Assembly: GCA_951406725.2 (NCBI GenBank)
Contig: OX597823.1
Location: forward strand, 59,024,001 to 59,088,000
Length of the DNA stretch: 64,000 nucleotides
Origin: Octopus vulgaris
Taxonomy: Eukaryota
Direction of reading: 5' to 3'
Shown: one piece after another, positions 25,810-39,372 of the stretch
Position numbering within the stretch: position 1 is the stretch's first letter
Layout of the letters: each line of letters starts with the position of its first letter
Program-made: the position numbers and the translations under genes
The notes under the pieces: model-generated
Databases searched by the model: none
Seen by the model: the letters and a program-made list of their open reading frames with translations, nothing else
Told to the model about the DNA's origin: nothing

Positions 25810-26800
25810 GAAGTAACAATATTTCTAAATTTGCAGCATAAGGCAGATCTCCATTATAACTTCCAGTCTGAAGGCTTTCGGCAATCTATAGTTTACCTGG
25901 TGGACATCATCGAAGCGTTGAATGCTCTCGACTTTAAACTACAAGGGGAAAACATCAACAGTCTCACGCACCACGACACCATTCCAAACTTCATGTCCAT
26001 ACTCGACCTCATGAAATGTCGATTTCAGCAGGAAAATACAAGCAGTTTTAGTTGCTTGGATCCTGCTCTCATTCACGGTAACCTTGATTCTGAGAAGCAA
26101 ATAATCACTCATCTAACTGATTTGAAAACAGAATTCATCAGATACTTCCTAGATATAGATAAAAGCGTGAAGCTTAGAAAGTCATCAGGAACCCATTTCA
26201 GTGTGAAGTGACTGATGTTTTGGATGAAGTGCAAGAGGAGTTTCTTGAGCTGAAGTTCAACTTCCCAGCTAAGGAAGACTTCAAAGAATTGGATCTTGAA
26301 ACGTTTTGGATCAAGTACCTTCCTGTTTACCCTCTAATCTCACATCAGGCTCTTCAGATTTTAGCTATGTTTAGATCCACGTATCTTTGTAAAGCTACAT
26401 TTTCCACGCTCGTTGCTGTCAAGACTAAATGCAGAAACAGGCTGAACGTTGAAAGGGACTTATGTTGTGCCCTTTCTGGCAATCGACCACGCATTCAAGA
26501 TCTTGTGGCTAAGAAGCAGTGTCCAGCAACTCACTAATAATCTGACTGATTCATATTCAATAAAAAACTTTTTGCTAAGAAGCAATGTCAAGAATCTCAC
26601 ATTTAGTATAATGTGAATTATATATGAAATTGTACATATTTTGTATAACGTGACTAACTAATATTCAATAAAAAGACTAAAAACATATCTTCGATTTTAT
26701 TTAAAATCTGGGAATTTTATTCACAGTTGTAGTGGGGGGGTATGGAGAGAAAGAGAAATTCCCAGGGGTGGTTTCGTAGTAAAAAGGTTAAGAACCACTG
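25810..26800 (+). mobile_element. 3' part of a hAT transposon (Buster/Charlie, ZBED8/FAM200-like), pseudogenised
   Basis: YLVDIIEALNALDFKLQG, HLTDLKTEFIRYF and the dimerisation domain FW..YPLISHQALQIL..STYLCKATFS..KTKCRNRLNVERDL..KKQ. Terminal aaaaaggttaagaaccactg is followed by ctcTAcat, a Buster-type nnnTAnnn site. Confidence 0.9.
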
Positions 26801-28843
26801 CTCTACATGGTCACCTGACATTAACAGAAATGTCAGTGAAATCACTCTGGTATCAATTTTCACCGCCTTACAATATAAGAAGTTCACTTTACACAATGTA
26901 TCTGCAAACGGAACACAGTCTGGTCATGACTGGAATACTTTTGAACATACATTTACATCAAGTTTACTAAATTATTTCCTCTGTTATTACTCTTTATTAT
27001 GCCCAGCAGTGCTGATGCGAAGAATATAGTGCAAAAGGGTTGGATGCCACTGTACAGGCAATAGACATGTATCATTTTGTTATTAATTTAATTGAAGGAA
27101 AGTTCAAATCTTACCATGGTCAGCTTTGCTTTTTATTCTTTCTGAGTCAGTAAATACCAGTGAATAACTGGGGTTGATAAATTCGGCTGTTCTCGCCCCA
27201 CAAATCCATCGCATTCTGCGTCTGTAAACAATCACATATATTACATTTGATGTCATATTTTTTATGAGATGAAAGAGTTTGGATCTTCTTAAAACTAATT
27301 CCCTTCTAGGAAGTTTCAAAGATGCTCCCGCATAGATCATTCTCAATTGATACTCTTGCACGAGATTTGTTTTTTGGTTATACAAATCAATGAAGGCCTT
27401 ATTCACCCTTATTCACGATGACAAGAGGATGGGAACAGTACAACATACTCACATATTCTCTAGACAAACAAGTTAGTTCCGATTACTTTGGAAAAAAACA
27501 TCGCGTACCCTTGCAATTTCTCTTGTATAACCTTAAGTATACGCGTATCCCGTATCGAGAACCCCAGCTTCACACGATCAGATTTTTCACGCAGATATTT
27601 ATTTCTTTTACTGTTTTATTTCTCGATAGTTATCCATCTTTTATTAGATTGTAGCGCGTGATTTGAGAGACGGTTAGCACTTGGTGGCATTTAAGGCTTA
27701 GAACCTAGTTAACTGCAGGTTAATTAAGAAAAAGTAAAAATGAAAACTAATTGATGTATTATGATTTGATCGTTAAACAAAATATTTGACGTTCATTGTA
27801 TACCATTTGGGTCAGAAACAGCACTAAAGACTCATTCTTCCTCCTCCTCTCAAAAGATAACAATAACAGACATAAAACAAAAAAATAAAGGAAAATAATG
27901 AACGCAGTGGATGCGAAATAATGAAGTAAAATTTTTTACTGTATCTTAAGTAACACTAACTCCACAGGAATAAACTAAGTATGCCAAATTAGTTTGTTTA
28001 CTAAATACCTAATTTATCCCCAGAAATTTTCCACCTAATTTGATTCTGGATTTTGAATTACCATTTCTGTCTTTCGTTGGAATAAAATGTTTTCGATTTT
28101 AATGGGAAATCCACACGTTATGCTTTCTCTTTTTCTTTTATTTCAAATCCTTGACCACCCTAATCCATATTTGACTTTCATTGAATACCAGTGGGAGGGT
28201 TAAGCACATCACTAGTATCCAATTTACCATTGTAATGGTCTCTGGATCCAGGGAGAATATTTACATTCTCAATTCACATAAAGTATAAAATGATCAAGGC
28301 AGCCGAGATTTCCATAAACGCACGCATTAATGTACGCACAAAAACTGACATACATATACACATACATTTAGCTGTATGCAAGCATGCTTTCACTTTGCTT
28401 ACGAATGTATTTGTACACAATGATAAACACGAGTGTATAAAACGATATACACAACCATTGCCACAGTCCAATGACTGAAATCACCATAAAAGTTGATAAC
28501 TATATACATACATACCTACATACATAATACATTATATATATGTATATATGTATGTATATGTATATATATATATGTGTATATATTATTATATATGCCTATA
28601 TATAACTAGATATATGTAATATGCATACGTATATATGTGTGTGTGTATCTGTGTATGTATTCACATATATGATGACATACATGTTTGTATGTATGCATAT
28701 TCATAAGTAGTGAGACGATGCGCATACCTATAAACCCTTACATCACCTTTGCACTTGGTTCCCCCTCCTCTCTCTCCCTCTCTTTATCTGGACGTATGCA
28801 TATATATGTATATGTATATATATATACATGCATACATTTACAA

Positions 28844-28898
<55 letters not shown>

Positions 28899-29278
28899 CA
28901 CATGCATATATACAAACACACTCACATATACACATATATATATATATATATGTACAGCGAGCTGGAATATATATTATCACATATATATTACTAGTTAGTA
29001 AATCGATCACACACTGGTGTTTGGTTAGTTTGTTTCAAGTTTTTGCTATTTATTATCTCTTGGCTTTAGTGACAAATAACTAGCTGAATTATTCATTAGT
29101 AATTTTCCCTCCTAACGATAAGTCGAAGATAGTATGTAAGTGACCATAATGAATCAGAGTGGTTAGGATTGATTCACTTAAATTTCCATATTCATTCATT
29201 ATTTTCATGATGAACGCATTTCTCACTTTTTCGCACACACTATCTCTATCCACCCATATCTATCTATTTATCTATATA

Positions 29279-29330
<52 letters not shown>

Positions 29331-29689
29331 AAGCATTCTTACTTTTACCCATTTTGTTTCTCCCCACCTTCTCCTCCATGTGTCTATCTGCCTGTATGCA
29401 TGTATGTCTGCCTCCGTTTCTCTATCTTTATTTCGTTCTGTTTCCTTTATTTTCTTCTACTCCCGTTCAATGACTTCATTCTTTATCATACATTCATACA
29501 TAAGTACCAACACAAATGCAAAAATAACCCATATACATACATATAGACATTCATACATACATACACACACATAAATCTACACACATACACACACACACAA
29601 TATATATATATATATATATATACATAGATATATATATATACATATACATATACAGATACTGAGAGATGTATACATATATATTCATATTT

Positions 29690-29932
<243 letters not shown>

Positions 29933-30184
29933 TTTAATTTTCTGTATATGTGTCACTTAATCTACTTTCTAATATGGCTTCTGAATTTTTCCATCTCTGC
30001 TGCTTTTATCAAAGCTAGTTTGTAGTGTGCAATTTTTGCAAAGAGCTATTTTATTTTATTTTTCCTTTGAGTACTTTTGGAGTGCTGCTTTAGTTTTCTT
30101 TTTATTTGTATTGCTTCTGTTTCATTTATATTTCTTATTTTAAGTCGGTTGTCCATGCATAGTTCTGTATACTCGGATGTACGG

Positions 30185-30238
<54 letters not shown>

Positions 30239-30795
30239 TATATATATTTATATAAATATATGTATGTGTGTGTGTATATGTGTGTATGTGTGTGTGTGTA
30301 TGTAGTATATATATTTGTGTTTGCTTATATATCTTTGTGTATATTGATGTGTATATTAATGTAAGCATGTATGTCTCGAAGAACAAGTGCTTGCACTGTG
30401 CTTGTATGTGCTGAAGCAGATATTTTTTATATATTTATATATTTATATTTTTTTTATGAATGTTCCTTGATTTTATTTCCCTTTATATTTCAATATTTTT
30501 TTTCTATCTATTGCTTTCATTGACCGTCATTAGCAATGGTATTACGTTAACACTGCCAGCCTAGAAAAAAAAAATTAGTATACGTACTACCAAGAAAAGA
30601 AAAAAAAGGAAAAAAAAAATCAACAGTTTGAAAATAACTATAAACAAGCTACAACTATAAATACGAAAGAAATCAACACCATCAACAACAACAACAACAA
30701 TAAGGTGACACCAACAACAGCAGTGACAAGAACAAATCAAAGTTCAGACAGATAACCTTTGATAATTATATACTAGATTCTACATAGTGTATACG

Positions 30796-30827
<32 letters not shown>

Positions 30828-31849
30828 CGTACAAATATATACATGCAAATATATATATATATATGCATATATAAATATATATATATATATGGTGTACATA
30901 TATATGTATATATGTATATATGTAAGTATATATATATATGTATGTATACAATGTGTATACGTATTGTCTACTGTACATATGTGTGCAATAGCATACCTAT
31001 TAATACATATCTTAGAACTGGCATTGATTGAGATGAGGCCAATATATCATTTTATGTTGCTTCTACGTTCATTTATTTAGGTACTTCTTTCTGATACACA
31101 GACATATGAATATACATACACACATACACACACTTACACACACATATTTAAATCTGTTTATTCATTTATTTTCGACCGGATTTATCTGCTAATTATGAAA
31201 GCAGTCATCTGATATCAACTATGAAATATTACAAATATAAATATCCTATCTCGCATGCCGCAACATAAAGATCTCATATACATATTAACATGAAGAAGAG
31301 TGAGATTATGTACGTAATAAATATTTCGGTACGAATCACAGAAATGCAAATACGTTCAAATGGGTTACACAGACCGTCTACCACAACCTGTATCTGATAT
31401 ATTCAAGCATTATTTATACATTTGCACATTTACTATGCTTGTAGTTACTTTATCTCTCTGTGTATGAGTATGCGTATATGTATGTATATGTGTATATGTG
31501 TCCAAGTTCGTGTCTGTATATGATTTTGCCAGTCAGTGTAGGCATTTATGAGTAAATATAATGGTGCGTGGTTCTGTGTATGTATATATGTATGAATGTA
31601 TATGCGAGTATAGTATTTGTGTGCCTCTTTCTTAGTGTAGAAGTGCCATTAGTTTTAAGTATATCAACATGTGGTTATCATTCTGCGAGTATGTGTGCGT
31701 GCTTGCATTGGGTATTTACATGAGAACTTATATCCATACGTTCATAGATATGTAAATACGAAGGAATATACGTACATATGTATATGTAATATATCATATG
31801 CTATACCTGTATTTATAAAAGTGTGTTTATTTATATGTGTGCGCATATA

Positions 31850-31944
<95 letters not shown>

Positions 31945-32294
31945 TTACCATTAGTGTGTGAATAAATATATAATTTTGTTTGCATTTAGCTTATATTTCT
32001 GCTTTACTTTTGATTATGCATTTCAAATATAATGTCATTGTCAACGAAACGGCACTTATATTAAAAAAAAATAAAAGAAATTGCTGTAATAATTATGGTT
32101 CTATAACTGAAACTTGTTAGGTTCGAAATTAACAGGAAACATTTAAACCTTTTATGTTAACATTTTATAGTAGAAATTAACCTATTATGTTAATTTTAAT
32201 AAATCGCTGATATACATATTCTTTTATATTCGTTCACTAGATAAAGCAAAGTCATGCCGCTTCTGCTTCAAGGGTTTTAATCAATAATAATAAT

Positions 32295-32722
32295 AACTGT
32301 TTCAAATTTTGGCACAAGGCCAGCAATTTTGAGGGCGGGGATAAGTCAATTACGTGAACCCCAGAACTTAACTAGTACTTATTTTATCGATTACGAGGGG
32401 ATGAAATTTGAACTTTGAATGTAAAGGCGGACGAAATACCACTAAGGATTTTGCCCTGCATACTAACAATTTAGCCTGCTCGCCGCCTAAAATCAAATCA
32501 TAAAAATGGTTTCGAATTTTTCCACGAGGGCAGTAATTTTGAGGGGAGGGAACAAGTCGATTACATCAACCCCAGTGTTTCACTGGCAGTTTACTTATCG
32601 ACCGCGAATGGTTGAAAGGTAAAGTCTATCTTGGCGGAATTTGAACTCAGAAAGTAGCGGCAGACAAAACATAGCTAAGCATTTCGCCCGGGGTGCTACC
32701 AATTCTGTCAGCTCACCGCCTT
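32295..32722 (-). mobile_element. Two tandem full-length SINE family B copies
   Basis: Each has tail ttcaaattttggcac.., the core domain and a head ending gctc(g/a)ccgcct; atcaaatcata is repeated on either side of the second copy. Confidence 0.8.
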
Positions 32723-32736
32723 ATATCAAATCATAT

Positions 32737-32799
32737 GTCGTAGTGGTTAAGAGCGCGGGCTACTAACCCCAAGATTCCGAGTTCGATTCCAGGCAGTAA

Positions 32800-32873
<74 letters not shown>

Positions 32874-32875
32874 GC

Positions 32876-32906
<31 letters not shown>

Positions 32907-33068
32907 TCAACATAGAAAAATACCTTAGGAATGAGAACCCAGGTTCGAAATTTTCACAAGACACCTGATGAAGGCTGGAGGGTATATCAGCCGAAATGTG
33001 GTGTTAGCAGCAAACAATATGAGGACAAATATCCGTTAATTTTAAATAATGTAAATAATGTACATAAT
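32737..33068 (+). mobile_element. tRNA-headed SINE-like element with internal (AAT/AAC)n and a hammerhead-containing tail
   Basis: A-box tagtggttaag, anticodon-like arm ggg-ctactaa-ccc, B-box gagttcgattcc; microsatellite 32803-32910; hammerhead 32960-33005; terminal aaataatgt repeats. Confidence 0.75.
32960..33005 (+). ncRNA. Minimal type I hammerhead motif, probably inactivated copy
   Basis: GACAC CUGAUGA A GGCUG-GAGGGUAUAU-CAGCC GAAA UG UG GUGUU; stems I and II pair; G at position 17. Confidence 0.7.
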
Positions 33069-33069
33069 A

Positions 33070-33600
33070 ATCCTTTCCACTCTAGGCACAAGGCCCGAAA
33101 TTTTGGGTGAGGGGGATAGTCGATTATATCGACCCCAGTGTTTCACTGGCACTTAATTTATCGAACCCGAAAGGATGAGTGGCAAAGTCGACCTCGGCCG
33201 AAATTGAACTCAGAACATAATGGCAGGCGAAATACCTATTTGTTTACTACCAACAAGGGGCTAAACACAGAGGGGACAGACAAGGACAGACAAACGGATT
33301 AAGTCGATTATATCGACCCCAGTGCGTAACTGGTACTTATTTAATGGACCCCGAAAGGATGAAAGTTAATGTTAACCTCGGCGGAATTTGAACTCAGAAT
33401 GTAACGGCAGACGAAATACTTATTTCTTTACTACCCACAAGGTGCTAAACACAGAGAGGACAAACAAGGACACACAAACGGATTAAGTCGATTACATCGA
33501 CCCCAGTGCGTAACTGGTACTTATTTAATCGACCCCGAAAGGATGAAAGGCAAAGTTGACCTCGGCAGAAGTTGAACTCAGAACGTAAAGACAGACGAAC
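33070..33600 (-). mobile_element. SINE family B tandem trimer (184-bp period)
   Basis: gtcgatta(t/c)atcgaccccagtg at 33119, 33303 and 33487. Confidence 0.9.
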
Positions 33601-33628
33601 TTCTACTAAATATTAATATATATATATA

Positions 33629-33678
<50 letters not shown>

Positions 33679-33842
33679 TGTGTAGGTATGTATGTATATC
33701 TGCATATATATATATATATATATGCATATACACATATATATATTCATATACGCATGCATATACATAATACATACACACACACACACACATGCACGCACAC
33801 ATATGCGTAATGTGAACTTCCATAAATTTTCCGCAAGCGCGT

Positions 33843-33888
<46 letters not shown>

Positions 33889-34098
33889 TAATTATAAAAA
33901 ATGAGATTATATATTTTCGCACATGTTAACGCTTTAGATCTCGTTCTTTTCCATTTATTGAGCCCTTCTCTTCAATCGTTTAATGGTAAAAGTAAAAACA
34001 TTTTGCTGTAAGTATGAAATAATTATCAGTGTAATTGATAAAACTAGTCATTTGCTTGATTGCATTTCAAATTATATTTACGATATATATATATATAT

Positions 34099-34415
34099 AT
34101 ATTGTTATATTTCGGAATGGTCATATTGCCAGTTTAGCCAATAAAAACACACGCACTATATATTTGGTGTTATTTTGCTTCAGAAGAAAACAAAGGACCA
34201 CTGATGCGGTCACAGGAGTGTGACGAAAGAACTCTGGCCGAAATAAGATTAAGATTAATGTAAAAAATAAATAACACTGAAGCAAAATAACACCAAGTAT
34301 ATTATGCGTGTGTTTTTATTGGCTAAACTGGCAATATGACCATTCCGAAATATAACAATATCTGTTTCAACACACGACTTCACATAAAAAATCTTGCACA
34401 ACAAATATTTAAACG
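34099..34415 (+). mobile_element. Short element with 85-bp inverted arms enclosing a hammerhead motif, inside (TA)n
   Basis: Arms 34099-34183 / 34277-34361; tail caacacacgacttcacataaaaaatcttgcacaacaaat. Confidence 0.8.
34195..34239 (+). ncRNA. Minimal type I hammerhead motif (C at position 9)
   Basis: GG(A)CCA CUGAUGC G GUCACA-GGAG-UGUGAC GAAA GAAC UC UGGCC. Confidence 0.6.
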
Positions 34416-34752
34416 TATATATATATATATATTCATATTTGATACATCTACTCAAAGTCCTTTGCATAGCAAGTTTTGTGTACTTCTTGTCCTAGGTAAT
34501 AGGCCACGTCGTATGTTAATGCAGATGAGGACACGTACCCGTAAAGAGATTAAGAAATTGAAGAATTCAGCGAAAATTAGCGGCATATCGAAATCGTTCC
34601 GCATGTGCTCAGAGGAAGAGGAACTATCAAAAAGGGTTGACTCGAATGTTTGTGGAACTTAGAGTCATTTTCATCGTCGTTACTGGACAGGCAGTGGTGA
34701 GCCTGAGAGAATCTTTTGTTTCTGACTTGTGTAAGGTTGAAATAATTTAGTA

Positions 34753-35125
34753 AACTCTTTACTCTTTTACTCTTTTACTCATTTCAGTCATTTGACTGCG
34801 GCCATGATGAAGCACCACCTTTAGTCGAGCAAATCGACTCCAGGACTTATTGTTTGTAAGCCCAGTACTTCTTCTATCGGTCTCTTTTGCCGAATCGCTA
34901 AGTTACGGGGACGTAAACACAGACACACAAACACAGACACACACACACACGCACACATATACATATATACGACGAGCACCTTTCAGTTTCCGTCTACTAA
35001 ATCCACTCACAAGGGTTTGGTTGGCCCGAGGCTATAGTAGAAGACACTTGCCCAAGTTGCCATGCAGTGAGACTGAACCCGGAACCATGTGGCTGGTAAG
35101 CAAGCTACTTACCACACAGCCACAT
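34753..35125 (-). mobile_element. SINE family A, full length
   Basis: Head, core and tail are present; the tail ends in (actctttt)n. Confidence 0.9.
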
Positions 35126-35414
35126 TTTTTATTTTATTCGTCACGAAAACAAAAATTACAGAAAGAAAACGCTTGATTTTCTGTTAATGATACAAATGAA
35201 TATCATATGTAGATTGGCGGGATCGTTGGAGCGTTTAATAAATTGCTTGGGCATTTAGATGCCGCCCTTTGTCTTGTGAGTTCAAATCTTACTCAGGTCA
35301 TCTTTTCTTTTCATGCTTCCGGAATCGATTGAACAGTTACTTTACCAAGCACCGGATGTGATGTAATCAATTGGTTCTGTTTGACCAATGTAAGGGCTTG
35401 TGAATGTACTAAAA

Positions 35415-35667
35415 TACTCTTTACTTGTTTCAGTCATTTGACTGCGGCCATGCTGGAGCACCGCCTTTAGTCGAGCAAATCGACCCCGGAACTTATTCTT
35501 TGTAAGCCCAGTACTTATTCTATCGGTCTCTTTTGCCGAACCGCTAAGTGACGGGGACGTAAACACACCAGCATCGGTTGTCAAGCAATGCTAGGGGGAA
35601 CAAACACAGACACACAAATATATACACAAATACTTATATATATATATACATATATACGACAGGCTCC
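35415..35667 (-). mobile_element. SINE family A, 3' part, low divergence
   Basis: tactctttacttgtttcagtcatttgactgcggccatgctggagcaccgcc... Confidence 0.9.
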
Positions 35668-36319
35668 TGATTATTATTTGTGAGGAATAATTACTCAGCC
35701 CAGGATTTGAGTAACTGAGAAGCGGGGAAATAAATGCGTGAGACTAGAATGCAATAAAAATAAACAGCAACACTAGAATAACTCAAGAAACTACGAAAGT
35801 AACTAAAAAAAATAGCAACCAAATAGGAAACTGCACTAATAAAGAAAATGCCACTCATGAATGTATATATAAATGCATGTATGAGCATTGTGATTGTCTT
35901 GTCGCAGTATGGCATTGACCGCATTAGAAAGAAAGTGTGGTGTTGTGTAAAGAAGGGGTGCACTGAAAGAAGAACATGAACCCACACAATAGTACGAAGA
36001 AAAAAAACTACACATAAACAATGACAAGAAATTACAGTAAAAGAAAAACAAAGTACTGCAACATAAGAAGTCACACTAAAAGAAATGCAGGAAACCACAC
36101 GGAAACAAGAACAGAAAACTGTGCTAAATGAAGAACAGCAAAGCACACTTAAGAGGAACAGGCAACTGCAATAAAAGAATACGAAAACCGCGAAATAGCA
36201 TGAGAAACTAACACTAAACTAAGATGATGACACTAAAACAATGACGTGTGTCTACACGATATCTGCACAAAATATGAAGAGGTTACAAATGTAATGTCTA
36301 CATACAGGCACAGGTTGTA

Positions 36320-36745
36320 TATATTAAGAAGCTTGCTTCCTAGCTATGTGTTTCCGACTTCAGCCCCATTGCAGGGCATCTTGGGCAATACTTATACTGT
36401 AGCCTCGAACCGCTCAAAGCTTCGTGAGTGGATTTGGTAGACAGAAACTGATAAAAGCCTGTCGTATATACATATATGTGCGTATTATATACATGTGTAT
36501 GTGTGCGTGTCTCTGTGCCTGTATGTCTTTGTGTCGGTGTTTGTCTCCCACCACTACTTGACAACCGGTGTTGGTGTGTTTACGTCGCCATAAATTAACG
36601 ATTTGGCATAGGAGACCGATAGAATAAACTACCAGGCTTAAATAGAATAAGTCCTGGGCTGAATTTGTTAGACTGAAAATAACCCCCACAAAGCAGTGCC
36701 CTAGCATGTCCACAGTCTAATGACTTAAACAAGTAAAAGACAGAA
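36320..36745 (+). mobile_element. SINE family A, diverged
   Basis: aagaagcttgcttcc..ttcagccccattgc..ttgggcaa..gagtggatttggtagacagaaactg..cagtctaatgacttaaacaagtaaaa. Confidence 0.85.
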
Positions 36746-36824
36746 GATAAACTACCTTGATGAGGGCTCACACCTGGAATTAGACATAATAGCAACATAA
36801 CAAGCCTCAAAATATGACATTAGA

Positions 36825-37123
36825 CTAGCTATTTTGACCCGTGCTTCGCTCGGGTTTTGGTAGTAGTGTTGTTTTGTGCGTGTTGTCTCCTTTTTCCCTT
36901 TCTTCTTTTGTTCGTCTTCTTCGCCTTTCCCATATTCCTCACCATGGCAACCAAACGGTAGCCCCGAGCGACTTGTAGCCCTCCTCGCACCATTTCCCCA
37001 CACCATTTTACCCCCAGTGTAAATTTTGGCGCTAATCCGACCCCATCTACCGCTTATCTCAAAATGAGACAAATAACCAAGAAATCAAGTAACTTTTTCG
37101 CATTTCAGCTTTATAGATATTGA
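36825..37123 (-). mobile_element. Complete non-autonomous Helitron (about 300 bp)
   Basis: Minus strand begins TCaatatctataaag and ends with hairpin cccgagcgaagcacggg plus aaatagCTAG; sits between host A and T. Confidence 0.75.
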
Positions 37124-37133
37124 TTAGTAACAC

Positions 37134-37422
37134 GAAGGTGCGAGGTGGCCTAAGTGGTTAGGCTGTTGCACGCACGATCGCTAGATCATGGGTTCGATTC
37201 CTTGATTAGGCGGTGCGTTGTGTTCTTGAGCAAACAACATCATTTCACGTTGCTCCAGTCCCGCTTTCGTTTGGAGTGGGGGGGGGGAATGTTGGCCTGA
37301 TCAGCTAGCCAGCGTGGTGGCATCATTTGAAGGCTAAACCAATGCAAAAAACTCGTTGTGACAAGCGATGTGTAACAACATCTGATAGCCTGGTCGGTGA
37401 CATGATGACGTGATCACGTGAC
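37134..37422 (+). mobile_element. tRNA-derived SINE family C-related copy
   Basis: A-box tggcctaagtgg, B-box ggttcgattcc; 3' tail gcatcatttgaaggctaaa...acatctgatagcctggtcgg shared with 40117-40415. Confidence 0.8.
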
Positions 37423-37749
37423 GACGAACAGCACCCTATATAACCATCTATAGCCAGCATACAATATAAAAGTAACATACTTGCACTTGATACCTCAGTA
37501 ACAAAAACACTGGGATTAAGGAAATTTTTTTAATGTAACAGTTAAGAATATAGCAATATAGCATTAAAAAAAATATTAAGAACGATGATGATAATGATGA
37601 TGATGATGGCGATAGTCGTGATGGTGTATTTACTTAGGTAATAAGTGCGAGATAATTTATTTCGAAAGTGGTTTGTCTAGCCAAATCTTGCACCCTGAGA
37701 AAAGCCAACAAATATAATGACAAGGATATTACTACTACTGCTGCTATTG

Positions 37750-37759
37750 CTAGTAGTAT

Positions 37760-37836
<77 letters not shown>

Positions 37837-37920
37837 AGTAGTAAGTAGTGATATCAATAACAATAAACGATGCAGCAACAACCATAAAAGAAATAACAGT
37901 AATAATAATAATGATAATGA

Positions 37921-37958
<38 letters not shown>

Positions 37959-37983
37959 GTTATTATTATTATTATTATTATTA

Positions 37984-38015
<32 letters not shown>

Positions 38016-38019
38016 GTTA

Positions 38020-38050
<31 letters not shown>
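37750..38050. repeat. (TAG)n and (ATT)n microsatellites
   Basis: Directly visible. Confidence 0.97.
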
Positions 38051-38220
38051 AAATATAAAGGAATGTAAACAACAAAGGCAAAAACTATTGAAAAAAGTAC
38101 AATGTAATTAAATTTTAAATTCTAATCTTCATCTGAAAATACCAGCAAGAATTGTAGATTCAATAACAACAACGGAAAATGAAAAGAAACGAAAACAAAA
38201 GAAAAAACAAAGGGAACAGC

Positions 38221-38267
<47 letters not shown>

Positions 38268-38286
38268 TATGCATATATATATATAC

Positions 38287-38325
<39 letters not shown>

Positions 38326-38801
38326 TATGCATATATATATATATGTATATATTTATTATATATATAATATATAAGCATACACACACACACATATACATAT
38401 TCATAAAGATATATTCATTCCCAATGGAGATCAAATTAGTTAACTGACCTCTAAGTATATACTTAACTTCTGTGAATTATTATCTATGAAAGAAATATTA
38501 CTTGAGAAAAGATAGAAGCATACAACAACACTGCCATGTTCATTGTTTAATCAGATCAATGTTAACAAAATAATCGACTAAATTTTAATTTTAATTTTTG
38601 TTTTGTGTTTTCTATTTCAATATGAAAAAAAAAATGTCTGTGTTGAGATAGAGTCGTCTTTGTTGTTTTCTGTATAGTTTTGCGCTATCTGTCTGAAGAG
38701 TAGCATTTTCTTATCTATACACAAATTGACCATTAGACTGGGTGACGTCAGTGAAGATTATATATACATACATACATATATACATACATATATATGAATA
38801 T

Positions 38802-38848
<47 letters not shown>

Positions 38849-38930
38849 CGTGTGCACGGATGCGGGTGTGTGATAATATATATATATATGCATATACATG
38901 TATGTATATATATTCACACATATACGTATC

Positions 38931-38963
<33 letters not shown>

Positions 38964-39060
38964 AAATATATGTTTATATATATACATATATATGTACATA
39001 TATATATATATAAATAGATCTTATTTATATATATTACATATATATGTATACATACATGTG

Positions 39061-39099
<39 letters not shown>

Positions 39100-39170
39100 G
39101 ACAGAAGTAAATAGACACACTTATAATCATTAACATTCAAATTATTTATCAATTGGTATAATGTGAATAT

Positions 39171-39372
39171 TTAATATTTAGTAGACATGCCCTTGGCATT
39201 TTTCAATGCAAGGACCCTATTAGGCATGTTCAGATATATATTCTCTTGCGGCATTTCTTGCCTAGTTTCATGCATTAATTTCAAAAGATATGGCTTTGAA
39301 GATGATTCCTTGATCTTTTTATGAACTGTCCTGTCCATTATGACCCAGAGATGTTCAATAGGGTTCATATCT
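39171..39372 (-). mobile_element. Tc1 (DD34E) transposase C-terminal remnant
   Basis: DMNPIEHLW...NMPNRVLALKNAKGMSTKY*. Confidence 0.85.

Noticed and set aside
32737-32802. Possible tRNA gene (also 40117-40190 and 37134-37205)
   Set aside because: No complete acceptor stem or cloverleaf; each continues into a repeat body, so they are SINE heads.
33070-33600. CRISPR-like regular repeats
   Set aside because: The whole 184-bp unit repeats with no unique spacers, there are no cas genes, and the context is eukaryotic.
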